Assembly (NCBI GenBank): GCA_044229975.1
Contig: JBGARZ010000014.1
Span: forward strand, 32,001 to 96,000
Source: Polyangiales bacterium
GTDB lineage: Bacteria > Myxococcota_A > Polyangia > Polyangiales > Ga0077539
Direction of reading: 5' to 3'
DNA: 64,000 nt
Shown here: positions 19,056-30,500 of the stretch, piece by piece
Position numbering within the stretch: the stretch's first letter is position 1
How the letters are laid out: every line of letters starts with the position of its first letter
Notes under the pieces: generated by a model
Seen by the model: the letters and a program-made list of their open reading frames with translations, nothing else
Told to the model about the DNA's origin: nothing
Database searches by the model: none
Program-made: the position numbers and the translations under genes

Positions 19056-19817
19056 CTACGCCTTCGTCCCGTGTCGGCCCGCGCCCGCGGCGAAGCGCGC
19101 CGCTCCCTCGATGCCGCCCTGCGTGAGCGCGTCGGTGCCGTCGAGAAACTCTGCCGCGAGGGCCTCGGCGGGCGTGAACTCATAGGCCCGGTAGACCCCG
19201 CGGCGGTCGGCCATCGCGCAGGCCCAGGGGTGCGCTGCGATCTCCGCTGCGAGCGCCTCGGCGGCGGCTCGCGCCTCGCCCCGCGGGACCACGCGGTTGA
19301 CGAGCCCCATGGCGAGCGCCTCGTCGGCGCGGACGGCGCGTCCGGTAAGCACGAGGTCGAGCGCGCGGCCGAGGCCAACGACGAGCGGGAGGCGGGCGGT
19401 TCCGCCGTCGATGAGGGGGACGCCCCAGCGGCGGCAGAAGACGCCGAGCACCGCGTCGGACTCCATCACGCGGAGGTCGCACCACAGGGCGATCTCGAGG
19501 CCGCCCGCGACGGCGTGGCCCGCGATGGCGGCGACGACGGGTTTGCTCATCACCAGGCGCGACGGGCCCATCGGGCCGTCGCCGTCGGGGTCGAGGCGGT
19601 TGGCTTCGCCGGTCGCGATGGCCTTGAGGTCGGCGCCGGCGCAGAAGGTTCCGCCGTCGCCGAAGAGGACGGCGACGCGGGCGGATTCGTCGGCCTCGAA
19701 GGCGCGGAAGGCATCGGCGAGCGCGTCGGCGGTGGCACGGTCGACGGCGTTGCGGACGTCGGGGCGGTGCAGGACGACCGTGGTGACGGGACCGCTGCGC
19801 TCGACGTGGACGCTCAT
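19056..19817 (-). CDS. Enoyl-CoA hydratase/isomerase family protein
   Basis: RPDVRNAVD, FCAGADLK, KPVVAAIAGHAVAGGLEIALWCDLR, GVPLIDGGTARLP. The ORF-track N-terminal extension is likely spurious. Confidence 0.93.
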   Translation of the reverse strand: MSVHVERSGPVTTVVLHRPDVRNAVDRATADALADAFRAFEADESARVAVLFGDGGTFCAGADLKAIATGEANRLDPDGDGPMGPSRLVMSKPVVAAIAGHAVAGGLEIALWCDLRVMESDAVLGVFCRRWGVPLIDGGTARLPLVVGLGRALDLVLTGRAVRADEALAMGLVNRVVPRGEARAAAEALAAEIAAHPWACAMADRRGVYRAYEFTPAEALAAEFLDGTDALTQGGIEGAARFAAGAGRHGTKA

Positions 19818-19935
19818 GAGACCTCGTGTAACCGAGCGGGTGAACGACCACAACCGGGCGGCGGTCACGCTGCAAAGTGAGTTGTGGCGCGGTCTTGCTT
19901 GACCCCACGGCGCGACCCCACCACAAGGGCGCGCC

Positions 19936-21153
19936 ATGATCTGGCCTGCGTGGACCCGCGCCGAAGAGAAGGCGAACCGCGTCGCGCTCGAAGAAGCTCG
20001 CAAGGAAGCCGACCCGATCGCCGACGCCGTCATCGAGGACATCTTCCGGAGCGGCCGCGTCGAGGCCGTCAACGCGCTGCTCGACACGCTCGTTCGCAGC
20101 GACGACCCGCCGTCGCTCTCGCTCCCGCCCGCGGCGCAGCAGTACTTCATCGACACCGCGGCGCTCCCTGTGTGGGCCCGGCCCGAGCTCGTCGTCGCGG
20201 GCGAGGGGATCTTCATGCGCCACGGCCTGCTCGCGCTGGCCTCGCTGCTCTGCGCGTCGCTGCCCGAGTGCTACGCGATGCGCAACGGGGTGCAGGTGCT
20301 CAGCCTCTCGCGGCAGCTCGTCGAGCACACCGAGCGACGCGTCTACGAGACCGCCCAGATGATCATCGACGTCCTGTCGCGCGGCGGGCTCGAACCCAAC
20401 GGAAGGGGGTTGCGGTCGGCGCAGAAGGTGCGGCTGCTGCACGCCTCGATGCGTTACCTGCTGGAGGTTGATCCCGATGGCGTGAGCGACGACCTGCGGC
20501 AGGCCCGCACCCTCGGCGGCGCCTTGATGCGCAAGCCGTGGAACCCGAAGTGGGGTCGCCCCATCTGCCAGGAGGACATGGCGTTTACGCTACAGACCTT
20601 CTCCACGGTGATCTTGCGGTCGTGGAAGAAGCTTGGTGTCGTGCTCACCCGCTACGAGGAGGAGGCCTACTACCACTGCTGGCGGGTGCTCGGTCACCTC
20701 ATCGGGGTGCGCGAGTCGCTCAACCCGCAGACCATCGAAGGCGGCTACGCGCTCTACGAAGACATCCGCGCGCACCAGCAGGGTGAGACCCCCGAAGGGA
20801 ACGCGATGACCAGCGCGCTCGCGAAGGCGGTGGCGGAGACCATCCGGATGCAGTGGGCGGGCGGGGAGGAGGCGGTCGCCGTGCTGATGCGCCACCTGCT
20901 GGGCGACGCCACCGCGCGCATGGTCGGGGTGGGTGAGGTGTCCACCGTTCAGGTGATGACCATGGAGGCCATCGCGTCGGGGCTGCACCTCGCGCTGACG
21001 GTGCATGGCGGCATCGGCAGTGAGTTCATCGCGGTGCACCGCGTGACGGAGTGGTTCGGGCAGAAGCTGCTGGAGCGCATCGCGCGCATCGACCGCGGCG
21101 CGGGTCGGCTCTTCCACCTGCCGGAGTCCCTCCGCGCGGCCTGGGCGCGGTGA
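19936..21153 (+). CDS. Oxygenase MpaB/DUF2236 family (Lcp-like heme oxygenase fold)
   Basis: DPIADAVI, LPVWARPE, SLPECYA, RRVYETAQ, KVRLLHASMR, WGRPICQEDMAFT, WRVLGHLIGV. Confidence 0.85.
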   Translation: MIWPAWTRAEEKANRVALEEARKEADPIADAVIEDIFRSGRVEAVNALLDTLVRSDDPPSLSLPPAAQQYFIDTAALPVWARPELVVAGEGIFMRHGLLALASLLCASLPECYAMRNGVQVLSLSRQLVEHTERRVYETAQMIIDVLSRGGLEPNGRGLRSAQKVRLLHASMRYLLEVDPDGVSDDLRQARTLGGALMRKPWNPKWGRPICQEDMAFTLQTFSTVILRSWKKLGVVLTRYEEEAYYHCWRVLGHLIGVRESLNPQTIEGGYALYEDIRAHQQGETPEGNAMTSALAKAVAETIRMQWAGGEEAVAVLMRHLLGDATARMVGVGEVSTVQVMTMEAIASGLHLALTVHGGIGSEFIAVHRVTEWFGQKLLERIARIDRGAGRLFHLPESLRAAWAR

Positions 21154-21263
21154 CGTCGCGCGGCTTGTCGGCTCTCGAACCTGCGTGAGAGTATCCGCGT
21201 CCCCGGCGGGCGACCCACCAGGCGCCAAGGCCCACACGGGACACTGGAAGGAACAGAGCACGG

Positions 21264-22757
21264 ATGAAGATCACGTTGGGACTGTCGGGCGCGGGCGTCG
21301 AGGTCGACCTGCTCGCGGTGCTCGTCGCCGAGGACGACCTACCCGGGGACGCGCTCGTCAGCGAGCTCGACGAGGCGCTCGGCGGCACGCTGCGCACGGC
21401 GATGAAGGACGACGAGTTCACCGGCAAGCGCGACTCCACGCTCGCGGTGATGACCTACGGAAAGATCGCCGCCCGCAAGGTGCTGCTGATCGGCCTCGGA
21501 CCGCTGGCGAAGGTGACCAGCGTCGAGCTGCGCGCGGCGTCGGCGCGGGCCGCGAAGGTGGCCAACGCCGACAAGGCGACGAAGCTGCACCTCGGGCTGC
21601 GCGGCAAGGGTGAGGCGGCCGACCTGCGGGCCGCAGCCGAGGGCGTCGCGCTCGGCGCGTACCGCTTCACGAAGTACCTCACGGGCGACCGGCGGCCGAA
21701 GAAGGATCTGGAGGCGGTGACGCTCGGGTTGCGCGGGGTGAAGTCCGCCAAGGCGACGGCCGAGCAGAAGCACGCCATCGGGCAGGGCGAGGCGGTGGCC
21801 TCCTCGATCAACCTGGCGCGCAGCCTCGTCAACGAGCCGCCCAACGAGCTCACGCCCGCGGCGCTCGCCGACGCCGCGGTGGAGGTGGGCAAGACCCACG
21901 GCCTCAAGGTGACGGTGTGGGACCGTACGAAGATCCGCTCCGAGGGCATGAAGCTGCTGGAGGCGGTGGGCCGCGGGTCGCGCAACGAGCCGCGCTTCAT
22001 CCACATCACGTACAAGCCCGAGAAGGCGCGCAAGGGCCGTCCGCGCATCGCCCTCGTCGGCAAGGGTCTCACCTTCGACTCCGGGGGTCTGTGCATCAAG
22101 CCGGCCCCGGGCATGGGCGACATGAAGTCCGACATGGGCGGCGCCGCGCTCGCCATCGGCGCGATGGCCGCCATCGGCGCGCTCAAGCCCGACGTCGAGG
22201 TGCACGCGCTCATCGCGGCCGCCGAGAACATGCCCGACGGCGACGCGTACCGCCCCGGCGACGTGTTCGGCTCGCTCGACGGCAAGACGGTGGAGATCAT
22301 CAACACCGACGCCGAGGGGCGCCTCGTGCTGGCCGACGCGCTGGCCTACGCCCGCAAGCTGGAGCCCGACCTGATCGTCGACCACGCGACCCTGACGGGC
22401 GCGTGCCTCGTGGCGCTCGGCACGGCGACGGCGGGCTTCTACTGCAACGACGAGGACATCTCGGCGAAGTACCTCGCCAGCGCGAAGACCGCGGGCGAAG
22501 CGATGTGGCGCATGCCGCTCATCGAAGAACTCCGCGAGGGTCTGAAGAGCGACGTCGCCGACCTGAAGCACACCGGCGACCGCTACGGCGGCTCCATCAT
22601 CGGGGCGCTCTTCCTGCGGGAGTTCATCGGCGACCGGAAGTGGATCCACCTCGACATCGCGGGCCCGGCCTACCTCGATCGGGTCACCGCGCTCGGCCCG
22701 AAGGGCGGCACCGGCTACGGCATCCTCGCCTTCCTCCAGTACATCGACTCGCTCTGA
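21264..22757 (+). CDS. pepA: Leucyl aminopeptidase (M17)
   Basis: LVGKGLTFDSGGLCIKP, MKSDMGG, AENMP, NTDAEGRLVLADAL, ATLTGA, WIHLDIAG. Confidence 0.96.
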   Translation: MKITLGLSGAGVEVDLLAVLVAEDDLPGDALVSELDEALGGTLRTAMKDDEFTGKRDSTLAVMTYGKIAARKVLLIGLGPLAKVTSVELRAASARAAKVANADKATKLHLGLRGKGEAADLRAAAEGVALGAYRFTKYLTGDRRPKKDLEAVTLGLRGVKSAKATAEQKHAIGQGEAVASSINLARSLVNEPPNELTPAALADAAVEVGKTHGLKVTVWDRTKIRSEGMKLLEAVGRGSRNEPRFIHITYKPEKARKGRPRIALVGKGLTFDSGGLCIKPAPGMGDMKSDMGGAALAIGAMAAIGALKPDVEVHALIAAAENMPDGDAYRPGDVFGSLDGKTVEIINTDAEGRLVLADALAYARKLEPDLIVDHATLTGACLVALGTATAGFYCNDEDISAKYLASAKTAGEAMWRMPLIEELREGLKSDVADLKHTGDRYGGSIIGALFLREFIGDRKWIHLDIAGPAYLDRVTALGPKGGTGYGILAFLQYIDSL

Positions 22758-22758
22758 G

Positions 22759-23244
22759 TCAGGCGCCCACCCACTGGGGTAGAGACCGCACGGCCTGCAC
22801 GGCGGCGGTCTCTGCCTTCGCGTGGCGCTTGGGGTCGTGCGCGGCCCCGAAGCGCCAGCGCACCTCGCTGCCATCGCGCAACTTCATCGACAGATAGCGA
22901 ACGTTCCGCTCGGTGACGCACGAGCACGAGACCACCTTCGTGTCGGGCTTGCGGAGCTTCGTGGCCGCCGGGTCGGCGCCGAAGATGCTCGCGACGAAGA
23001 GCGCGCCCAGCACCAGCAGCACGGCGCCCACCGCGAGCGGGAGCGTCTCCGCCGATCGGAGGTGCGCGTGGCTGATGGATGAGGCCCGATGCAACACGTT
23101 GTAGAGGGTGTACCCGACGAGCGAACCGCCGCCCGCGACGCCGATGGCGCCCCACACCCGGAGCAGCTTGTGACGCGTCGAGGCGTCTTCGAGCGCGAGC
23201 GAACGAAGCGGTTCAGGGAGGAAGTCGTAGGTCTCTTTGGCCAT
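22759..23244 (-). CDS. Hypothetical membrane protein (two TM helices)
   Basis: Starts MAKETYDF, has two hydrophobic segments, and ends convergently 1 nt after the pepA stop. Confidence 0.65.
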   Translation of the reverse strand: MAKETYDFLPEPLRSLALEDASTRHKLLRVWGAIGVAGGGSLVGYTLYNVLHRASSISHAHLRSAETLPLAVGAVLLVLGALFVASIFGADPAATKLRKPDTKVVSCSCVTERNVRYLSMKLRDGSEVRWRFGAAHDPKRHAKAETAAVQAVRSLPQWVGA

Positions 23245-23312
23245 GTTCGGGCGCGAGCATGGACACGCCGTCGGGGGGTGTCCAACGCGTCCTTCGTCCG
23301 CCAGTCTCGGAT

Positions 23313-23523
23313 GGCTGTGCGCGGCGGAAGTTGGGCCGCGAGGGTCGCAAGGGGGAGAAGTTGGGATTGGGGCTTTGGCGGCGACGCGATCGAATCGCGC
23401 ACCCCGCGTCAGGTGCCCTCGTTCGCCCACATCACCGAACCCTCAAGGCTCCTTCTCCCTGTGAAAACTCTTCTTCCTTGCGACCCCTGCGCCCTTGCGG
23501 CCTATCTTCCGCCGCGCACCGCC
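23313..23523. repeat. ~210-nt imperfect inverted-repeat element (REP/MITE-like or structured RNA)
   Basis: GTGCGCGGCGGAAG (23317-23330) is the exact reverse complement of CTTCCGCCGCGCAC (23506-23519). Pairing continues inward via GGCCGCGAGGG/CCCTTGCGGCC and GGTCGCAAGG/CCTTGCGACC. Confidence 0.7.
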
Positions 23524-23540
23524 GCTCGCACGTTCCGACG

Positions 23541-24338
23541 TCACCCCGCCGGCTGCTCCCTCGCTCCGTCACCGCGCAGCGCGGTGAGCACCGCGTCGAC
23601 GGTCCCGCGGAGGCCCAGCGCCGACGTGTCCACCGTCGCCCGCGCCTGTGCGTACAGCGGTGTTCGTGATCGCAGCAGCGCCTGCAGCTCCGAGCGCGCG
23701 TTGGCCCGGTGCGCCATCGGTCGCGCGTCGCCCTGCGCCACCACGCGGTCCCAGTGGTCGTCGGCGCTGGCCTTCAGCCACACCGTAAACGCCCTCGATC
23801 GCAACAGCGCGTAGGTCTCCTCGTCAGTCACGAGGCTCCCGCCCGTCGCCACCACCACCGTCGCGTGCTCGGCCAGCACCCGCCGCAACACCTCGCGCTC
23901 CAGCCGCCGGTAGTAGGCCATCCCGTGGATCTCGAAGAGCGTCCCCAGGCGCATCCCTGCCGCCGCCTCGATGCTGGCGTCGAGCTCGACGAAGGGCGCC
24001 TTCAGGCGCTTCGCCAGCCGTGGTCCGATGGTGCTCTTGCCCGCGCCGCGCAGACCGAGCAGCGCCACCGCTCCCACCGCCGCGCCGTCGCCGTCGCTCG
24101 GCGTCTCGCGCTCGGTCTCGGCCTGCGTGAGCAACGCGCCCGCCGTGGTCTCCAGCGCCTCGGAGAGCGCGTCGAGGCGCGCGACGGAGATGTTGCCGGT
24201 GCCGCCCTCGACCTGCGCCACGAAGCGCTCGCTCACGCCCGATCGACCCGCCAGCGCCCGTACCGTCATCGCCCGGCCCTGACGCCGCGCCCTCACCACC
24301 CGACCCAGCGCCTCCAGCAACGGCCGTCGCTCGCTCAT
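23541..24338 (-). CDS. boxR: BzdR/BoxR-family regulator (XRE HTH plus shikimate-kinase-like benzoyl-CoA sensor)
   Basis: HTH LAGRSGVSERFVAQVEGGTGNIS, then ALLGLRGAGKSTIG, YYRRLER, VVATGGS, TVWLKAS..HWDRVVAQGDARPM. Divergent from boxC. Confidence 0.9.
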   Translation of the reverse strand: MSERRPLLEALGRVVRARRQGRAMTVRALAGRSGVSERFVAQVEGGTGNISVARLDALSEALETTAGALLTQAETERETPSDGDGAAVGAVALLGLRGAGKSTIGPRLAKRLKAPFVELDASIEAAAGMRLGTLFEIHGMAYYRRLEREVLRRVLAEHATVVVATGGSLVTDEETYALLRSRAFTVWLKASADDHWDRVVAQGDARPMAHRANARSELQALLRSRTPLYAQARATVDTSALGLRGTVDAVLTALRGDGAREQPAG

Positions 24339-24427
24339 GCCTGCACTATACTTCTGTGTTTGGCGCCCACCAACCGGAACTATACCGCTTGCTCGCCCCC
24401 GCTCGCGTCGGGTAGCGTTCGGTCGCC
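24339..24427. promoter_or_regulatory. Divergent boxR/boxC promoter-operator region
   Basis: TGCACTATA at 24342-24350 (TGCA core as in BzdR-type operators) and ACTATAC repeated at 24345 and 24379. TATAGT (-) lies 6 nt before the boxR ATG. TTGCTC-N18-TAGCGT (+) precedes boxC. Confidence 0.55.
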
Positions 24428-26077
24428 ATGGCAGAGCACACCCACGACGAAGCCCCCATCCGCTTTGAGACGCACCCCTCCCGGTACCGCCACTGGAAGC
24501 TCGACTTCCCGGCCCAGTACGGCGCCAACGTGGCGCGCCTCTCGATGGACGTCCCGGAAGACGGCGGGCTGCGGCCCGGCTATCCGCTCAAGCTCAACAG
24601 CTATGATCTCGGGGTCGACATCGAGCTCGCCGACGCCATCCAGCGGGTGCGCTTCGAGCACCCCGAGGTGCGCGCGCTCGTCGTCACCAGCGGCAAAGAC
24701 CGCATCTTCTGCTCCGGCGCCAACATCTACATGCTCGGCAGCTCGACCCACTCGTTCAAGGTGAACTTCTGCAAGTTCACCAACGAGACGCGGCTCTACC
24801 TCGAAGAGCTCTCGGCCGCGTCGGGCATCCCGGTGCTCTGCGCCGTCAACGGCACCGCCTCGGGCGGCGGCTACGAGCTGGCGCTGGCCTGCGACGAGAT
24901 CCTCCTCCAGGACGACGGCTCGACGGCGGTGAGCCTCCCCGAGGCGCCGCTGCTGGCGGTGCTCCCGGGGACGGGCGGGCTCACCCGCGTCACCGACAAG
25001 CGCAAGGTGCGGCGCGACCTGGCAGACGTGTTCTCGACGCTGGCCGAGGGCGTGCGTGGCAAGCGGGCGGTGGAGTGGCGGCTCGTCGACGAGTCGGCGT
25101 CGCGCAGCAAGTTCGACGCGGCGCTCAAGGCCCGCGTGGAGAAGATGGCCGCCCGCTCGACACGCAACGCCTCGGGCCCCGGCCTCGCGCTTCCGCCCGT
25201 CACCGTCACGCGCAACGGCGATGTGACCACCTACCCCAACGTGCTGTTGCAGATCGATCGCAACCGACGCGTGGCCGAGCTCACGCTGCGTGGTCCGTCG
25301 GGCGACCCCGACGCGGCGCTGACGGCCGATCACTGGAGCGTGGCGGCGTGGCGTGAGTTCGACGACGCGCTGCTCGACCTGCGCTTCAACCACCCCAACA
25401 TCGGCGTCATCGTGCTGCACACGGTGGGCGACCCCGAGGCGGTGCGTCGCTTCGATCGTTCGCTCCTCCAACGATCGAAGACCGACTGGCTTTCGCGCGA
25501 GGTGCTGCTGTTGCAGAAGCGGGTGCTCAAGCGCCTCGACCTCATGGCCCGCAGCCTCTTCGCGCTGGTCGAGCCCGGGAGCTGCTTCGCAGGCTCGATG
25601 CTGGAGATCGCCCTCGCCGCCGACCGGGTGTTCATGGCCGACGAGGCCAACACGGCCGTCGGGCTGTCGCCGTCCAACTTCGGTCCGTTTCCCATGAGCA
25701 ACGGGCTCACCCGCTTGGAGTCGCGCTTCCTCTACGACCCGTCGATCGTGACGCGCCTCAAGGACGAGGCCGACCTCCTCGACGCAGCCGATGCGCTGAA
25801 GGCGGGCCTCGTGACCTTCACGCCCGACTCCATGGACTGGGACGACGAGGTGCGCGTGGCCATTGAAGAGCGCACGAGCTTGTCGCCCGACGCCATGACG
25901 GGGCTCGAAGCCAACCTGCGCTTCGCGGGCCCGGAGACCATGGAGACCAAGATCTTCGGTCGCCTCTCCGCCTGGCAGAACTGGATCTTCCAGCGCCCCA
26001 ACGCCGTCGGCGCGACGGGCGCTCTCACCATGTACGGGCAGCCCGAGCGCCCGGTGTTCGACTACCGCCGCACCTAA
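24428..26077 (+). CDS. boxC: 2,3-epoxybenzoyl-CoA dihydrolase (benzoyl-CoA-dihydrodiol lyase)
   Basis: YRHWKL, LRPGYPLKLNSYDLGVDIELADAIQRVRFEHPEV, FCSGANI, VNFCKFTNETR, TGLEANLRFAGPETMETKIFGRLSAWQNWIFQRPNAVG. Confidence 0.97.
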   Translation: MAEHTHDEAPIRFETHPSRYRHWKLDFPAQYGANVARLSMDVPEDGGLRPGYPLKLNSYDLGVDIELADAIQRVRFEHPEVRALVVTSGKDRIFCSGANIYMLGSSTHSFKVNFCKFTNETRLYLEELSAASGIPVLCAVNGTASGGGYELALACDEILLQDDGSTAVSLPEAPLLAVLPGTGGLTRVTDKRKVRRDLADVFSTLAEGVRGKRAVEWRLVDESASRSKFDAALKARVEKMAARSTRNASGPGLALPPVTVTRNGDVTTYPNVLLQIDRNRRVAELTLRGPSGDPDAALTADHWSVAAWREFDDALLDLRFNHPNIGVIVLHTVGDPEAVRRFDRSLLQRSKTDWLSREVLLLQKRVLKRLDLMARSLFALVEPGSCFAGSMLEIALAADRVFMADEANTAVGLSPSNFGPFPMSNGLTRLESRFLYDPSIVTRLKDEADLLDAADALKAGLVTFTPDSMDWDDEVRVAIEERTSLSPDAMTGLEANLRFAGPETMETKIFGRLSAWQNWIFQRPNAVGATGALTMYGQPERPVFDYRRT

Positions 26078-26097
26078 GACTTCAGGAGCCCACTGCC

Positions 26098-27522
<1,425 letters not shown>

Positions 27523-27542
27523 CCGTGCGATAGTCCGCCGCA

Positions 27543-30500
27543 ATGATGCAGCCCGGCGACACGGTGGGCGGCCGCTTCGCGATCGAGGCGGCCGCGGGTG
27601 GCGGCGGGATGGGGTCGATCTTCCGGGCCGCCGACCTCGCCACGGGCGCGACGGTCGCGCTCAAGGTGCTGCGCAGCGACCTGGGTGACGCCTCGCGCTT
27701 CGAGCGGGAGTCGAAGGTCCTCTCGTCGCTGGAACACCCGGCGGTGGTGCGTTACGTCGCTCACGGGCTGAGGCCCGACGGGTCGCCGTGGCTCGCGATG
27801 GAGTGGCTCGCGGGGGAAGACCTCGCGACGCGCCTCACGCGCAGCCCGCTGACGGCGGTCGAGTCGCTCTCGCTGTGCGCCCGCGCGGCGCAGGGGCTCG
27901 CGGCCGCGCATGCGCTTGGCGTGGTGCACCGCGACGTGAAGCCCGCCAACCTGCTGCTCGTCGACGGCGATCCCCTCAAGGTGAAGGTGCTCGACTTCGG
28001 CATCGCCCGCCGCGTCGACCGCGCGACCCGCGCCGCGACCGGCACCGGGATGCTCCTCGGAACGCCCGGCTACATGGCCCCCGAGCAGGCCCGCGGCGAC
28101 CGTGACATCGACCGGCGCGCTGACCTCTACGCCCTCGGCTGCGTCCTCTACGAGTGCCTCACCGGGGCGCCCGCCTTCCGCGCGGACAACCCCCTGGCGC
28201 TGCTTGCGAGCGTGCTCCTGGCCGACCCGCCACGCCTGCGCGACGCGGTGCCCGATGCTCCAGAGGCGCTCGACGCCCTCGTCACCTCGCTGCTCGCCAA
28301 GGACCCGTCCGAGCGCCCCGACGATGCGACCGAGCTCGCCCTTCGACTCACCGAGCTCGCCCGCGTGGAGGCCGAGTCCGGTCCGCGGCTCGTGGCTCCG
28401 CGGCCGAGCTCGTCGCTCTCGACGGGTGAGCGTCGCGTGCTGTGCGCCGTGCTCGCGGTCGACCCGACCATCTTCGACACGCCCCCGATCGCGCCCGATT
28501 TCGAGGCTGCGCCCACGGCCTCGCTCGGCCCCGACCTCATCGCGCGCGGCCAGTTGGAGGGGCTCCGCGCTCGCTACCTCGGCCCCGAGGCGCGCGTCGA
28601 GTGCCTCGCCGACGGCACCGTGATCTTCGCCTCCCAGGGAGCCACCAGCGCCGAGACCGCTCGCGCCGCCCGCCTCGCGCTGGCGCTGCAAACTGCGCTA
28701 CCCGGCCGCGTCATCGTGCTGGCCGCCGGGCACGGAACGCACGCCTCGCGCAACCCGCTGGGCGCCGTCATCGAGCGGGCGGTGTCCCTCGCACGCCTGC
28801 GTCCCGACGGGGTGGTGCTCGACGAAAACGCCGCCGCGCTGCTGCACGACCGCTGTCGCCTACGGATGACGCCGCAGGGCGCCGTGCTGGTCGACGACCA
28901 CGGCGACGACGCGCGTCCGGTGTTGGGCGTGAGCACGCCGTGTGTGGGCCGCGAGCGCGAGCTGGCGCTATTGGGCGCCACGTTTGCGGAGTGCGCCGCG
29001 GACGAGGTCGCGCGCGCGGTGATCGTGACGGCCGTCGCGGGGGCAGGGAAGTCACGGCTGCGGAGGGAGTTTCTCGCGACGCTGGCGGCGAAGGACGAGC
29101 CGCCGAGGGTGTGGTCGGCGCGGGCCGACGTGCTGGCGGCCGACTCTCCGCTCGCCCCGCTGGGCGCGCTCATCCGCAGCGCCGCGGGCATCGTCGGCTC
29201 GTCGACCCAGGAGGCCGAGCGCGCCGCCCTGGCCGCGCTGGCGGGGCGCTACTGCGCCGACGACGCACGACGGACGACGCTCTTCCTGGCAGAGCTCGCC
29301 GGGCTGGAGCTCGACCCGGAGGGAGACGCCGCGCTCATCGCGGCCCGGCACGACCCGAAGCTGATGTTCGAGCAGACGCGCGGTGCGTTGGTGCGGTTGC
29401 TCACGGGCGCCTGCGCGTCGGGCCCGCTGGTGCTCGTGCTCGACGACGCGCACTGGAGCGACGGGGCGTCGCTGCTGTTTCTCGACCACGCGATGCGCGA
29501 GCTGCGGGAGCGACCGTTGATGGTGATCGCGTTCGCACGGCCGGAGATCATCGAGCGCTTCCCGAAGCTGTGGGCCGAGCACACGGTGCAGGAACTCCGC
29601 CTCTCCCCCCTCACGCGACGCGCCTGCGAGCGCCTCGTGCAGCGGGTGCTGGGCGACGTCGCTCCCGAGAAGATGGCCCGCCTCATCGACCGTGCGGGCG
29701 GCAACGCCTTCTACCTGGAAGAACTCCTCCGCGCCGTCTCGTCGGGCGCCTCCGAGCTGCCCGAGACGGTGCTCGCGGTGGTGCAGGCGCGGCTCTCGTC
29801 GCTCTCGCCCGAAGCCCGGCGGGCGCTGCGGGCGGCGTCGGTCTTCGGCGAGTCGTGCTGGTCGGCCGGGGTCGAGGCGCTGCTCTCGGAGCCCGCCCGA
29901 TCGACGCCGTCGGCCGACCTGCTCGATGAGCTGTGCGCCCGCGAGGTGCTGGCCCGCGCCTCGACGTCGCGCTTCGCGGGGAGCGTCGAGTACCGCTTCC
30001 ACCATGCGCTGGTGCACGCCGCCAGCTACGCGATGCTCACCCCGGAAGATCGCGCATTGGGCCACGGCCTCGCGGCCGAGTGGCTCCTCGGTGTTGGTGA
30101 GGCCGACCCGCTGGTGCTCGCCAACCACTTCGAGGCGGCGGGGCAGCGGGCGCGCGCGGCGACGTACCTCGTGGCCGCGGCCGAGGGCGCCGTCGCGGCG
30201 AACAACTCCGAGGCGGCGCTCGTGCATGCGGGGCGTGCCGAGGGGCTCGCGGGTGATGACCACGCGGTGATCGGCGCCGTCGCGCTGATCCATGTGCAGG
30301 CGGACTTCTACGCGGGCCGCTACGAGTCGTCCGTGCGCCGCGGCCTGGAGCTCATGAGCCGGTCGACCCCGGCCGCGCCCGGGTGGTGCCACGCGGCGAT
30401 GATCGTCGCGGCGTCCATGGGGCGCTCGCGGCAGGTGGAGCGCCTCGACGTGATCGAGGCCGCCCTGGCGGCGGCGGACCCCGCGACGGTGCATCCCGCG

